A DNA stretch of 51,935 nucleotides, taken from positions 1 through 51,935 of the IMG/VR virus record IMGVR_UViG_3300017705_000711, one strand, 5' to 3'. Shown one piece after another: positions 1 to 9,858 of the stretch (position 1 is the stretch's first letter; every line of letters begins with the position of its first letter). Below the pieces are notes generated by a model that was not told the origin of the DNA, did no database searches, and saw only the letters and a list, made by a program, of their open reading frames with translations. Made by a program: the position numbers and the translations under genes. The DNA comes from a virus. Lineage: Duplodnaviria > Caudoviricetes.

Positions 1-894
1 CGTAAGTTCCGTGCGCTTTGGACTCTCGAAGCTGCTCAGGACCTGCGTGCGTACCACAACTTGGACCTTGAGCGTGAATTGACTGACTTGCTTGGCAAGG
101 AAGTTTCTTTGGAAATTGACCGTGAACTTTTAGAAGATATCCGTGGGCTTGCTTATGACTGGACTGCCAATGATGGCTGGAACCGTGATATGCTTTCTTT
201 GGGTAACTCTAACCGTTTCCCTGATGATGGCACTGGTAACTTTAACCCATCTGGTTTTTACTACGATTTGAATCAAGATACTCATGCTGACGTTTTAGGC
301 ACTAACCCTGCTGGTACTCGTAGAACTGCTGGTAACGTTTTCTTAGTTGATTTCGCTACTTCGGCTCTTGGTCTTGACCCACGTCACGTTGGTCAGGTAT
401 ATGCCAACTTGGTTGCAGTCCTAAACTTCGCTTCGCAAGACATCTACAAAACTACTTATCGTGGTGCTGGTAACTGGATTGTTACCTCTCCGATGGTAGC
501 TGCTATCCTTTCTTCGGCTTCTAAGCTTGAAGGGGGTGTGCGTCAAGGTGAATTCGACGGTCAGTTAGGTGCTAATATCCAATACAAAGGTAAGCTAATG
601 GGTCAGTTTGACGTTTATGTCGACCCACTTTGGCCGGAGGACGAAATCCTCATGGGTTACAAAGGCTCGTCTCCAATGGATTCTGGTTATATTTATTCTC
701 CATACATTCCGTTGCAGATGCTTCCAACCATTACCGACCCTGATACGTTCCAACCACGTAAAGGCTTGCTCACTCGCTACGGCAAAACAGCTTTATCACC
801 TGAGTCTCGCTTCTACAGAGTTATCCGTCTAATGGGTATTAATTCTAACTTTATGCAGCAGCCGTTCGCGACTGTAAGTAACAGTTCTGTCTAA
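1..894 (+). CDS. gp23: T4-like major capsid protein (gp23), 5'-truncated by the window edge
   Basis: Frame open from base 1 (RKFRALWTLEAAQDLRAYHNLDLERELTDLLGKEVSLEIDRE) and C-terminal GYIYSPYIPL...DPDTFQPRKGLLTRYG match gp23 hallmarks. Confidence 0.95.
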   Translation, partial: RKFRALWTLEAAQDLRAYHNLDLERELTDLLGKEVSLEIDRELLEDIRGLAYDWTANDGWNRDMLSLGNSNRFPDDGTGNFNPSGFYYDLNQDTHADVLGTNPAGTRRTAGNVFLVDFATSALGLDPRHVGQVYANLVAVLNFASQDIYKTTYRGAGNWIVTSPMVAAILSSASKLEGGVRQGEFDGQLGANIQYKGKLMGQFDVYVDPLWPEDEILMGYKGSSPMDSGYIYSPYIPLQMLPTITDPDTFQPRKGLLTRYGKTALSPESRFYRVIRLMGINSNFMQQPFATVSNSSV

Positions 895-917
895 CACAAG
901 TTAGAATAAACTGAATA

Positions 918-952
918 AAGAAGCCTATCCTTTTTACGAGGGTAGGCTTCTT
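918..952 (+). terminator. Stem-loop after the capsid gene, probable intrinsic terminator
   Basis: aagaagcctatcct / agggtaggcttctt 14-bp inverted repeat with one G-U pair; weak U tail. Confidence 0.65.
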
Positions 953-975
953 GCATTCCTATATAATGTGTAACT

Positions 976-1854
976 ATGTCTGCTTACCAACCAATTACCA
1001 AGTTCGGAAATACGTTCGCCCATAGAAAGGGGGTTTCGTACGATGCTTCGGCGTTTTCGGAAACCTTAGGGGACATCCAGTACGACTCTCTCAATAGAAG
1101 GCTTTTTGCCGAGCAAGTGGAGTTTAATAGGTTTTATACAATCATTAAAGATTTTATTAAAGCTAGACTGGGACACCCTGTAGTTCGTGTAGAGCTCTCA
1201 GACTTTCAAATCTTGACAGCAGTCGATGAGGCTATTGCAAAATTAGATTACCACGCCCCCGACTGGTGTCTACAATTTATGACGTTTCAAACTAAATTTG
1301 GTGAGGGTCTTTATGAACTCCCACAGTTTGTAATGAATAATTTCCGATACGCAGCTTATAAGAAAACCCTTCTATCCGTCGCTAGACAATCGAATACTTT
1401 AGAAAACGATTTCTTTATTAAGTACTTCCAAGAAAACTTCCTATTCAATCAGTTGGATATCGGTGAGTTCCTTTTGATGAAGATGCAACTAGAACAGATT
1501 AGAAAGGTTTTGAGTCGCGAAGGTACTTGGAGTGTAGTAAATGGTAAATATTTAGCAGTTTGGCCGATTCCCCAAGATGAAGCTGACCAAGAAGAAGTTG
1601 CTGTAGAATTTAAAGCGTTGGATACTGATACGTTACACCCTTACTTTGTTGGCTGGATTCAAAGATTTGCCACCGCGGTATGTAAAATAATCCTAGGTCA
1701 GATTCGAGGTAAGTTTGCACAACTACCGTCCCCTCAAGGAGGAGCTACGCTTAACGGACCCGCGTTGATTCAGGAAGGCACTGCCGAACAAGAAAAATTG
1801 ATTCAAGAGCTTTTAACCGAAATAGAGGAACCTCCTGTGTTTACAACATTCTAA
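976..1854 (+). CDS. gp13: Neck protein, gp13-like
   Basis: IKDFIKARLGHPVVRVELSDFQI and C-terminal GQIRGKF..PSPQGGATLNG..L typical of T4 gp13. Confidence 0.85.
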   Translation: MSAYQPITKFGNTFAHRKGVSYDASAFSETLGDIQYDSLNRRLFAEQVEFNRFYTIIKDFIKARLGHPVVRVELSDFQILTAVDEAIAKLDYHAPDWCLQFMTFQTKFGEGLYELPQFVMNNFRYAAYKKTLLSVARQSNTLENDFFIKYFQENFLFNQLDIGEFLLMKMQLEQIRKVLSREGTWSVVNGKYLAVWPIPQDEADQEEVAVEFKALDTDTLHPYFVGWIQRFATAVCKIILGQIRGKFAQLPSPQGGATLNGPALIQEGTAEQEKLIQELLTEIEEPPVFTTF

Positions 1855-2519
1855 TGGATAGCATTCTCTACTCAAAGATTCAGAAAGATATCAAATCTTA
1901 CGACGAATCACACCCAGCAACCACGGACTTTTATAGGAGCTACACTCAGTCTTTACTAGACCGTCTTATTATTGAAGTTGTGGACGATGAAGACAAAAGA
2001 TATAAAGTCCCTGTTATATATGCTAACCCGGAACGTGCGATAGCTAAGGTAAAAGAAGACCGAAATTTAAAACTTCCTTTAATTTCTATTGCAATTGGAG
2101 ATATTGAGGAGAATTTAAAAGCTAGACGACCTGATTTACAGCTCACGCACTATAAGTTTTTTGATGTGGAAAAGCAACGAGCTTACCGTGTTATCAAGAA
2201 AGCCTCAAAAGCAATTTCTTTACAATTTCAGCTTACTTTTTGGTCCAAGTACACGGAAGACATGAACCAAATGGTTGAAACTCTGCAAATGTTATTTCAA
2301 CCATCTTTAGCTTTACCCACCGCTCACGAAAAAGAAAATAAAGCTTTTTTGTTGGATATTTTAGATATGTCCTCCGTCCAGGCGGGAGATAAACAGGACC
2401 GAACGCTGCGGAAAAGAGCTACAATTAGGGTCGAATGTTACATTCCAGGAAGGGAGTACCTGTACTCAAACACAGGCAGAATCAAAGAATTTATTAATAC
2501 TGAAATTGAATCCAAATAA
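1854..2519 (+). CDS. gp15: Tail completion / sheath stabiliser, gp15-like
   Basis: KVPVIYANPER, LPLISI, DMNQMVETLQMLFQP motifs; position between neck and sheath genes. Confidence 0.75.
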   Translation: MDSILYSKIQKDIKSYDESHPATTDFYRSYTQSLLDRLIIEVVDDEDKRYKVPVIYANPERAIAKVKEDRNLKLPLISIAIGDIEENLKARRPDLQLTHYKFFDVEKQRAYRVIKKASKAISLQFQLTFWSKYTEDMNQMVETLQMLFQPSLALPTAHEKENKAFLLDILDMSSVQAGDKQDRTLRKRATIRVECYIPGREYLYSNTGRIKEFINTEIESK

Positions 2520-2554
2520 ATCTTGAAAAAAATACTATAATACTAGATTGGCGC

Positions 2555-2573
2555 CTCCTAAATAAGGTAGGAG
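2555..2573 (+). promoter_or_regulatory. Putative late promoter (CTAAATA) inside a hairpin that covers the Shine-Dalgarno
   Basis: ctccta-aataagg-taggag; resembles T4 late TATAAATA; AGGAG 9 nt upstream of ATG 2583. Confidence 0.5.
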
Positions 2574-2582
2574 AAATTTAGT

Positions 2583-2846
2583 ATGCCAACCTCTAAAAAG
2601 CCCGCAAAAAGTACAAAACGCGCCAAGACACCGTCTAGCGCTCGTACTCCTGTGCGCGAAAGAAAATATAGACTTTGTAATACTAGCTGCTCAGACTACG
2701 AATTAATCGTAGCGGACAAAGGCAGAATCCAACATGTTTGGATGACTCCCAATAAGACAATCGAAGTCCCTCTCGCACCCCTAACACCACAGGTGCTTGA
2801 GTTTCAAAGACGGCACATGCTGTCAGTCACTGAAGTCCATATTTAA
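2583..2846 (+). CDS. Hypothetical protein with basic N-terminus
   Basis: 87-aa ORF with AGGAG SD, directly ahead of the sheath gene. Confidence 0.75.
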   Translation: MPTSKKPAKSTKRAKTPSSARTPVRERKYRLCNTSCSDYELIVADKGRIQHVWMTPNKTIEVPLAPLTPQVLEFQRRHMLSVTEVHI

Positions 2847-2852
2847 TTTATT

Positions 2853-5249
2853 ATGCCTACCTACAATAGCCCCGGAGTTTACACTAGTGAGAATGATTTC
2901 TCTAATTTCGACCCTGCGTCAAGCCCAACTACCCCTGGTATTGTTGGTTTTGCTTCTCAAGGTCCTGTCGATAAGCCTATCCTTATCACCAATACAGTAG
3001 ACCTAGAAAGGTACTTTGGTACCCCTACTGAGGTTACTGGAGGTCAAGGGCTTTTAGCTGCGTACGAAATCATGAGGGAAACTAACCAACTTCAGTTTGT
3101 ACGCGCCCAAACTACAGCAGCGGCAAATGCTGAATGTGATTTGCTAATAGGAGCACTTCCAATGGTTGTTGCTGGAACTTCAGCGACTTACACACAATAC
3201 AGAACCCCTAACGTATTCAATACTGCAATGACTGGTAGTACTGCTAGTGGTTCGGCACACTTTATCGTTCAGGTTTATGATTCCAATGGAACAGCTACAA
3301 CAACTAAGCCTTACTTTTTATCGGTTTCCCACCCTAGTGGTGTAGATGTTGTGGTTTCAGGCTTCCAAAAGACCCTTTCTGATAACCCTGATTTTGTGGT
3401 TGAAAAACTTGACAACAGCTACTTGGCATTTGTAGGTCAGCATGCAGGAACATCTGCAAAAATCGAAGTAAGCGCTTTCTGTCCTCGTATTGAGACTACG
3501 GACGTTTTTTCAACAACTCAACTTTCAGGGCATGGGGCTATTGGAGGTGGGGGAAATCTACTGTCTAAGACAGATTCCGGTACCTACATTCAATTTGACG
3601 GAACTAAGATAGGCGTTAAAAACATGACACTCGGAGCCGACTCCAAACCTGGCTTGATAGACGGAACTGATATTGTGGCTGACACCGGCATGGATGTTAC
3701 AGGTATGATGTTCGTAAGCGCTATGTTTTACGACTCTGGCAATATCTATCCGTCCAACGCGCTTTCAGAAGTGTCCGCAACAAGCGCAATAGGTCAAGCG
3801 TACACACAAACCGCACCAGCAAATACTGGGTTGGGAGGCTCAGGGGTAACTCTAAGTCGTAATGAAGGCGCTGGCGGAGCGTACACGGTTCGAGCTCTGC
3901 ACCCTGGACTAGGCAATAATGCCGCTAGTTCTTATAACGGGAACGCTAACGTTATTAGAGGTCTTTCCGTGAAAGTCTCACCTCTCGGTAAGTACCAACA
4001 AGCTATTACCCTTTTACGTAACGGCGGCGTTGCAGAGTCTTACAAGGTTCAACTAATAGAAGATACTACTAACTCAGGTATTCCAACTTGGCCGAGTTCT
4101 GTTATTAACTCTAAGACTTACGGGAATGGGGAAACATCTGATTACATATACGGAGCTTTTGAGGACGTCGACGGTGATACCGCAGTAACGTGGACTGCCC
4201 CCACTACCGTAACATCCCCTGCTTACGTTAACTCTTTTGCTGCAGCCGGTAAAGATGAAGGTCAAATAGCCTATACTAGATTCTTTAAGTTTGTTGAAAA
4301 AACTTACGACATGTCTGGAGGGCTAAACGGAGACGCCGCTGACCACGGTGGAGATTTAACGCACTCCGAAGTAATTAACGCACTCGCAGGTCCTACAGGA
4401 ACATCTCGAGGTGTTAAAGCCTTTATGGCTGATAATGTTGAGGTGGACATTGTAGCGATTCCTGGAGTTCATGTTCAGGATGTACAAGCAGCAGCTATTG
4501 ACGCTGCCGCGAATACAGGTAAGTTCATTTATGTTACCTCTCCGCCAGAAGGGCTATCCCCACAGGAGGCAGTTGACTGGCATAACGGGAACTACCCAGG
4601 GAGAACCGTTTCTATAAACAGCTCTTACACCGCTTTATATTACCCTCATTGTAAATTCTTTAATACCTGGACAGGAGTAGACCAATACGCAGACCCCGCC
4701 ATTTTTGCTGTTAAGGCGATGGCTAAAGCAGACAACATTGCTGATGTGTGGGTTGCTACTGCGGGTGTTGGTAGAGGTAAAATCTCCCCTACGGTTAAAG
4801 AGCTTGAACGAGAGTTAAACCAAGGAGACCGTGATTATGTTTACGGGGGCGGGAACGCCCTTAACCCGATTGTTAACTTCCGTAGACACGGAATATGCAT
4901 CTGGGGTCAGAGAACCACACAAAGAACCGCGACAGCGTTAGACCGTATTAATGTTCGACGGCTAGCAATCGCAATCAGGCAGAAAGTTTCAGACCTAGGC
5001 ATGCCTTTCGTGTTTGAACCTAACGACCCAATTACCTGGTCACTAATCAAAGGAGAAGTAGAACCTATGTTAGAAGATATTTTAGCTAGACGAGGAATTC
5101 GCTCCTTCCGAGTATTCTGTGATGAAACCACAAATACACCTCTTCGAATTGATAGAGGTGAGTTGTGGATTAAGGTTGAAGTTGTTCCAACAAAATCTGC
5201 CGAATCGCTCATATTTGAGATTAACGTCTTAGGTCAAGAAGAAGCCTAA
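2853..5249 (+). CDS. gp18: Contractile tail sheath protein
   Basis: N-terminal SPGVYTSEND, GPVDKPILIT; C-terminal NPIVNF..GICIWGQRT, DRINVRRL, FVFEPND, CDETTNTP. Confidence 0.96.
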   Translation: MPTYNSPGVYTSENDFSNFDPASSPTTPGIVGFASQGPVDKPILITNTVDLERYFGTPTEVTGGQGLLAAYEIMRETNQLQFVRAQTTAAANAECDLLIGALPMVVAGTSATYTQYRTPNVFNTAMTGSTASGSAHFIVQVYDSNGTATTTKPYFLSVSHPSGVDVVVSGFQKTLSDNPDFVVEKLDNSYLAFVGQHAGTSAKIEVSAFCPRIETTDVFSTTQLSGHGAIGGGGNLLSKTDSGTYIQFDGTKIGVKNMTLGADSKPGLIDGTDIVADTGMDVTGMMFVSAMFYDSGNIYPSNALSEVSATSAIGQAYTQTAPANTGLGGSGVTLSRNEGAGGAYTVRALHPGLGNNAASSYNGNANVIRGLSVKVSPLGKYQQAITLLRNGGVAESYKVQLIEDTTNSGIPTWPSSVINSKTYGNGETSDYIYGAFEDVDGDTAVTWTAPTTVTSPAYVNSFAAAGKDEGQIAYTRFFKFVEKTYDMSGGLNGDAADHGGDLTHSEVINALAGPTGTSRGVKAFMADNVEVDIVAIPGVHVQDVQAAAIDAAANTGKFIYVTSPPEGLSPQEAVDWHNGNYPGRTVSINSSYTALYYPHCKFFNTWTGVDQYADPAIFAVKAMAKADNIADVWVATAGVGRGKISPTVKELERELNQGDRDYVYGGGNALNPIVNFRRHGICIWGQRTTQRTATALDRINVRRLAIAIRQKVSDLGMPFVFEPNDPITWSLIKGEVEPMLEDILARRGIRSFRVFCDETTNTPLRIDRGELWIKVEVVPTKSAESLIFEINVLGQEEA

Positions 5250-5267
5250 ATAATATAGAACAAACAA

Positions 5268-5849
5268 ATGGCATTCAACAATAACAAAATCACTAACGAA
5301 TATTTCGACCAATTTAGAAACGGTGGAGATGAGCGTCTCAATACTTTATCACAACAATACGATTCCCTTAGAACGTACAGTTGGCTGGTATCTATTGAAG
5401 GGCTTGGCAATAGCGCCGCAGGGGACAACCCAAGGGACCAAACTAACGCTTTAACTTTAGCTTGTAAACAAATCGGGGCAATTGGTTTTTCTGTAGAAGA
5501 TATTGCCGTCGACCGTGTTAATGATAAGTACTACTACCCTGGAAAATACTCCGCTGATGAAACTACATTCACGTTTGATAACCTGATTAAAGGTGACGCA
5601 GCGACCGCCTTGTTTGGTTGGATTTCGGAAACGTATGACCCTACAACTGGTACCTTAGGAACTTCTAGTATGAAGCGTAAAATTGTTATTACTCAATTGG
5701 ACGCAGACCACACCCCGAAGATGACTATAACCTTGTACGGAGCATACGCTAAGTTTTACCGTTTAGCTGAGTTGAATTACAGTACTAACGACTTTCATAC
5801 GATTGAGGTTGGAGTACGTTACGATTTCGCTGTACAAGAAAGGTTGTAA
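5268..5849 (+). CDS. gp19: Tail tube protein, gp19-like
   Basis: Follows sheath; YYPGK...TFTFD, ITQLD, LYGAY, ELNYS, VRYD fit T4-like tube family. Confidence 0.85.
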   Translation: MAFNNNKITNEYFDQFRNGGDERLNTLSQQYDSLRTYSWLVSIEGLGNSAAGDNPRDQTNALTLACKQIGAIGFSVEDIAVDRVNDKYYYPGKYSADETTFTFDNLIKGDAATALFGWISETYDPTTGTLGTSSMKRKIVITQLDADHTPKMTITLYGAYAKFYRLAELNYSTNDFHTIEVGVRYDFAVQERL

Positions 5850-5881
5850 AAAAAATCCCTATTTTTATTAAACTATTTTAC

Positions 5882-5920
5882 AGACCTCATTATAATAATA
5901 TATAATGGGGTCTTATTTTT
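5882..5920 (+). terminator. Intrinsic terminator after tail tube, overlapping two TATAAT hexamers
   Basis: agacctcattata / tataatggggtct 13-bp stem followed by tattttt. Confidence 0.7.
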
Positions 5921-5923
5921 ATC

Positions 5924-8341
5924 ATGAAACTTAACAGCAAATCACTTAACATTTTCGAAACATACCTGGACACAGTCCTTTCGGAAGCTGGCACATCGGG
6001 AAAACACAACCGGTGGTTCTATGGCGCCGAACAGGGGTCTATAGACACCCTGGCAACGTTTGCTAGAACACCAGATGGGTTTAATACACCAGAATCGGCA
6101 AAGCAAAAAACCGCAAATGGCGCCGCTTGGAGGGACTACGCCACTGACCAAGGTGGGGAACAGGGAGGGGAGCACAAAGTTTACTGGGTAAGCCTTTCAG
6201 GTCCACAAAGTGCAAGCGCGAGCACGTTGTTAGCTGCTATTGCAAAATGGAAGCCTGAAGAGGAGCCCGATGCTGAACAGTTTAAGAAAGAGGGGGAGGC
6301 GTTGCCTGCTCAGCAGGAATTCGACGCGGAACAGCAAGCACTCGCGGAGGAAGAAGCTGAAGTACAGCAGGAGAGGCAAACTGACCGCCAAACAGACGAA
6401 GAAACTGTAGAAAAGGTGGCTAACATTTTTGCTGAACGGTTAGAGTTAGATTCAAATAAAGCACGTAAGATGGCAGAGACTCTCGACGCTAATTGTAAAA
6501 AACCTACCGACCACAAGTTTGCAAAAGATTATAGAGCTCTCCTAGCCTATACCAGAACAGATGAGCACAAATTTGGACTTCCAGGAGAAGCCAACGCGGA
6601 AATGATGGATGCTTTTGTCGACCTGCTTGAAATTACGAAACATATTAAGCGAGACTCAGAAGGTGAGTATGTGTTAGAGGAAGATTTGACAGAACGACAA
6701 AAAGATATCCTAACAAGTGTTAGAGCAAGAGGGCAAAAAGGTCAGAACGGGGTCTACGTAGGATATGACGGCGATAGAGCCCATAGAGTTTTTCCAGACA
6801 TATCCCAAGCCCTCGTCGATATCCAAGCTTCTTTGGCTGGGCAAGCCTCTGAAGAAGCTCAGGAAGCTGCTGGTATTGCTTCCCCGGACCTCTTCAAATA
6901 TGGTGTATCTGTTAGAGGTTCAGAGCCTATTGGTGAGGCATTAGGAGGGGTAAAGCTTAGGAAAAAGGATGGAAGCGAGGAGTTAATGTTAAAGCTTACC
7001 TCTGCGGCAAAAACAACTGCCTCTAATAAATCTATAGGGGAGTTTTCCGAGAAGTCCTGGGTTGGCGTAGTTAATTTTATGACAACAGGTGCTGACGATG
7101 GAACCTTACAAGAGGGGATTCAATCCTTTGCTCAACACTGCCAACTTATGGCTCAAGTTGCAGCCTCTAACCCTGACAAACTCCGGAAACAGCTCCCGGA
7201 TGTCCCTTTTACCGCACAGGAGGAAGCCGAGCTTGAATGGTTTGATAGAGCCAATGATTTTTATAACACCCATGGACAGCCAAATGAGCTCGTTAAGGCT
7301 GTTTTTATGCAGAATGCAATGAACCTAGCAAGATTACTTCATCACGCTCAGGTGGCTCCTATAAGCGCCAGGGAACCTTCAGGGGACGAGCCTCGCGGAA
7401 ACGACTTAAAGTTTGGAGTTAAACGAGATATTGTGTTTGATTTCGCAAACAACAGTGATGCCGTAAAGTTTTGTAAATCATTAGGGTTAGGTCCTGAGTA
7501 CGCACATGAGACAGAGGTAGACCTTTCTTTAAAACAACTAACGAAGACAACAGGAAAAGTAAACAACGAAGGAGCAACTCTCCCCGTAGCTTTAGGTCAA
7601 AGCACAAACTCATCTAAGCAGCAACAGTTTGAAAACCATAAGGAAAGTACTTATGACAAAATTCGTGGGATGAATCTGCCAAGTGGACGCAGTGAAAAGC
7701 TTATAACAGCCATGGACAAATCCCGAGACTGGGACACGGAACAATGGTCTACCATTTTTTCTGCCCTACACCCCAAAAACGGGAAAGTGCAAGGGTCTAT
7801 GAGTACTCTTTTTAATAGTGTGTTAGATAAAAACTGCCCACCAACACCTGAAGGGTTGAAAAGGCGTGAGGGGTTTAATCAGTTGTGGAAGGATTACAAG
7901 GCTTCCATGGAGGGTTCCATAAACCCAACTAAAGAATCATGGGTTTTAGCGCAAAAACTATTTGGCGCGTTAAAACATCATAGGTCTGAAACAAACGTGC
8001 AATACAGGCATGGTTCTTCCTTGAACGAGACAATGGGGTGCCTAACATCTTCTCACTCAGAAGCTTTAGTAAGGATGCACCAGGATAAAGTAGCCGTGTA
8101 TGGTGCTGATGGGGCTCTTGCTGATACAATAGACGCGTGTATGAATGGTAATTTGGTCTCAAAACCTAATGGAGGATTTTACATCACGGACGACTCAGGA
8201 AATCGCATAAGCGAGACTAGTTATGTTGTTGCTGTAGGTTCAAATGGTCAACCTTTTATAAGGCTTCGAGGGGGTTTTGAAGGGAAACGCTTCAATGAAG
8301 AATCCTTTCATGTGCCTTCAGATATGAAACCTACTCCATAA
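5924..8341 (+). CDS. Large hypothetical protein (805 aa), possibly a virion internal protein
   Basis: Long ORF after tail genes; acidic Q/E-rich linker; no family recognised. Confidence 0.8.
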   Translation: MKLNSKSLNIFETYLDTVLSEAGTSGKHNRWFYGAEQGSIDTLATFARTPDGFNTPESAKQKTANGAAWRDYATDQGGEQGGEHKVYWVSLSGPQSASASTLLAAIAKWKPEEEPDAEQFKKEGEALPAQQEFDAEQQALAEEEAEVQQERQTDRQTDEETVEKVANIFAERLELDSNKARKMAETLDANCKKPTDHKFAKDYRALLAYTRTDEHKFGLPGEANAEMMDAFVDLLEITKHIKRDSEGEYVLEEDLTERQKDILTSVRARGQKGQNGVYVGYDGDRAHRVFPDISQALVDIQASLAGQASEEAQEAAGIASPDLFKYGVSVRGSEPIGEALGGVKLRKKDGSEELMLKLTSAAKTTASNKSIGEFSEKSWVGVVNFMTTGADDGTLQEGIQSFAQHCQLMAQVAASNPDKLRKQLPDVPFTAQEEAELEWFDRANDFYNTHGQPNELVKAVFMQNAMNLARLLHHAQVAPISAREPSGDEPRGNDLKFGVKRDIVFDFANNSDAVKFCKSLGLGPEYAHETEVDLSLKQLTKTTGKVNNEGATLPVALGQSTNSSKQQQFENHKESTYDKIRGMNLPSGRSEKLITAMDKSRDWDTEQWSTIFSALHPKNGKVQGSMSTLFNSVLDKNCPPTPEGLKRREGFNQLWKDYKASMEGSINPTKESWVLAQKLFGALKHHRSETNVQYRHGSSLNETMGCLTSSHSEALVRMHQDKVAVYGADGALADTIDACMNGNLVSKPNGGFYITDDSGNRISETSYVVAVGSNGQPFIRLRGGFEGKRFNEESFHVPSDMKPTP

Positions 8342-8837
8342 AGTTTGTAGTATCCAAAGACAAAAAGTCCGTAAGCTTGTATATGTAGTATTCCTTGTTT
8401 ACAACCACGACGGTCCCTAGGTTATAAGGTTTACTCGTAATAACGAATGGTTTGTGTCTAGTTTTTTTGTAAACCACCAACCAATCTCTATCCGCTTTTT
8501 CAGCATCCCGTTTTGCTTGAGCTATAAACTTGTATAAATCACTCTTAGGTTTAAAAATGTCTTCGAAGGTTACATCGTACCCTGATTTACATTCTAAAAT
8601 AAACTTAAAATTTTGTGGAGTTATTAGGTCACCGTGTACTTTAATATGTTGTGGTAATTCGTGAGTAGTAGCAAAAGCTCCCGACCCCGGTGACCGACAA
8701 AAATCTGTTGTGTTAAATCGAGTGTTTAGAAGTTTAGCGATTTCTCTTTCAAACGCGTTACCTTTTCTACGGCTATTAACCCTTTTCTTTTTTTTGAAGT
8801 CGCCGTGGTTCAAAATATCATTTAGCTTATCACCCAT
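8331..8837 (-). CDS. PD-(D/E)XK nuclease, Holliday junction resolvase-like
   Basis: NSRRKGNAFEREIAK...SGA...GDLITP...ILECK. Confidence 0.85.
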   Translation of the reverse strand: MGDKLNDILNHGDFKKKKRVNSRRKGNAFEREIAKLLNTRFNTTDFCRSPGSGAFATTHELPQHIKVHGDLITPQNFKFILECKSGYDVTFEDIFKPKSDLYKFIAQAKRDAEKADRDWLVVYKKTRHKPFVITSKPYNLGTVVVVNKEYYIYKLTDFLSLDTTNFME

Positions 8838-8854
8838 AAAGTATAATAGTAAAG
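8838..8854. promoter_or_regulatory. 17-bp divergent intergenic with overlapping -10 boxes
   Basis: TATAAT at 8842-8847, 7 nt before ATG 8855; TATTAT on the minus strand before ATG 8837. Confidence 0.55.
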
Positions 8855-9181
8855 ATGAAAGAAAAGATAATCATTAATCCTGAAAACACAAAGTGTAAAA
8901 TAGATAACACTGGAAGACGCATGAAAATTTATATTAAACTAAACAAAGAAGAGACCGCCGGTTGGCAAAACATTAAAAAAGGCTTTGAGGGCTTTCCCGG
9001 AACTGAGGACGAGCTTGTAAAGATGATGTTTTTCCGAGGCGTGAATGCCTTCATGGATGACCTTAAAAATCAAGTGGACAACTTGTCCGATGATGAAAAG
9101 GAAAAAATCCTAGAAGAAGTTGAAGCTGAGAAAAACTCTAAGGTTTCCGAAACGGAAGCGGCTGATGAGACAAATAGTTAA
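8855..9181 (+). CDS. Hypothetical protein
   Basis: 108-aa ORF with acidic tail. Confidence 0.75.
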   Translation: MKEKIIINPENTKCKIDNTGRRMKIYIKLNKEETAGWQNIKKGFEGFPGTEDELVKMMFFRGVNAFMDDLKNQVDNLSDDEKEKILEEVEAEKNSKVSETEAADETNS

Positions 9182-9479
9182 AATCACTTCAGAAAAGGAC
9201 CTTTCAGGGTTGTACCTTAAAAAGAAAAAGGGGACGTTTCATATCCTCTACACTTCTCTTTGGGACTTCACTTGTAAAAGGCTTCAAAAAAAGGTGGAGA
9301 AATGGTCTAAGCAGGAAGGGAATGAGACGCTTTACGTCATCAATAGTTGGGACACCCCGGCAGCCTTCTCTATGTTTATGATTACTTCTACACCTTCTTT
9401 GGTGTCGATTAAGAAAGGAAAGGTCCGGGTCAACGTGGAATTCCCTACGATTTATCGTTTTTTTGATTCCGAGGGGTAG
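9165..9479 (+). CDS. Thioredoxin-fold protein lacking CxxC
   Basis: ILYTSLWDFTC at the WCxxC position, LYVINSWD, ITSTPSLV cis-Pro motif; ATG at 9165. Confidence 0.55.
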   Translation: MRQIVKITSEKDLSGLYLKKKKGTFHILYTSLWDFTCKRLQKKVEKWSKQEGNETLYVINSWDTPAAFSMFMITSTPSLVSIKKGKVRVNVEFPTIYRFFDSEG

Positions 9480-9843
9480 CGTACTCCTCGGAGAACCTCT
9501 CCTCCATCATAGTTTGATACTTTTGAATCTTTTGGCGGTACTTTTTATTCTTAGTAAAGATTAGCTTTAAGTTATTTACAATAACTGTAGTAAAATAGTT
9601 GAACGCCGCGCCATTATCTGGGTTAAAATTCTTTAATGTTCTGAATGCCAACAAAAAACACTCTTGCTTGGCATCGTCAAAATCAACATTAAACTTAAAG
9701 GACATTAAAATGTTAGTAATTAACAAGTCCAGAAGCTCTATCAATCTCGCCTCATGTTTTTTAGGGTTTTTTAGGTACCCCTTGATTACCTTTTCAAACT
9801 CGGCATTGTCAATGTAATGGGTTTGTTTTTTCTTTTTAACCAT
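9445..9843 (-). CDS. gp55: Late-transcription sigma factor, gp55-like
   Basis: HYIDNAEF, DDAKQEC, NFNPD..AFNYFTTVIVN resemble T4 gp55; ATG at 9843 preceded by TATAAT. Confidence 0.8.
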   Translation of the reverse strand: MVKKKKQTHYIDNAEFEKVIKGYLKNPKKHEARLIELLDLLITNILMSFKFNVDFDDAKQECFLLAFRTLKNFNPDNGAAFNYFTTVIVNNLKLIFTKNKKYRQKIQKYQTMMEERFSEEYATPRNQKNDKS

Positions 9844-9858
9844 AACCAATTATAGCCC

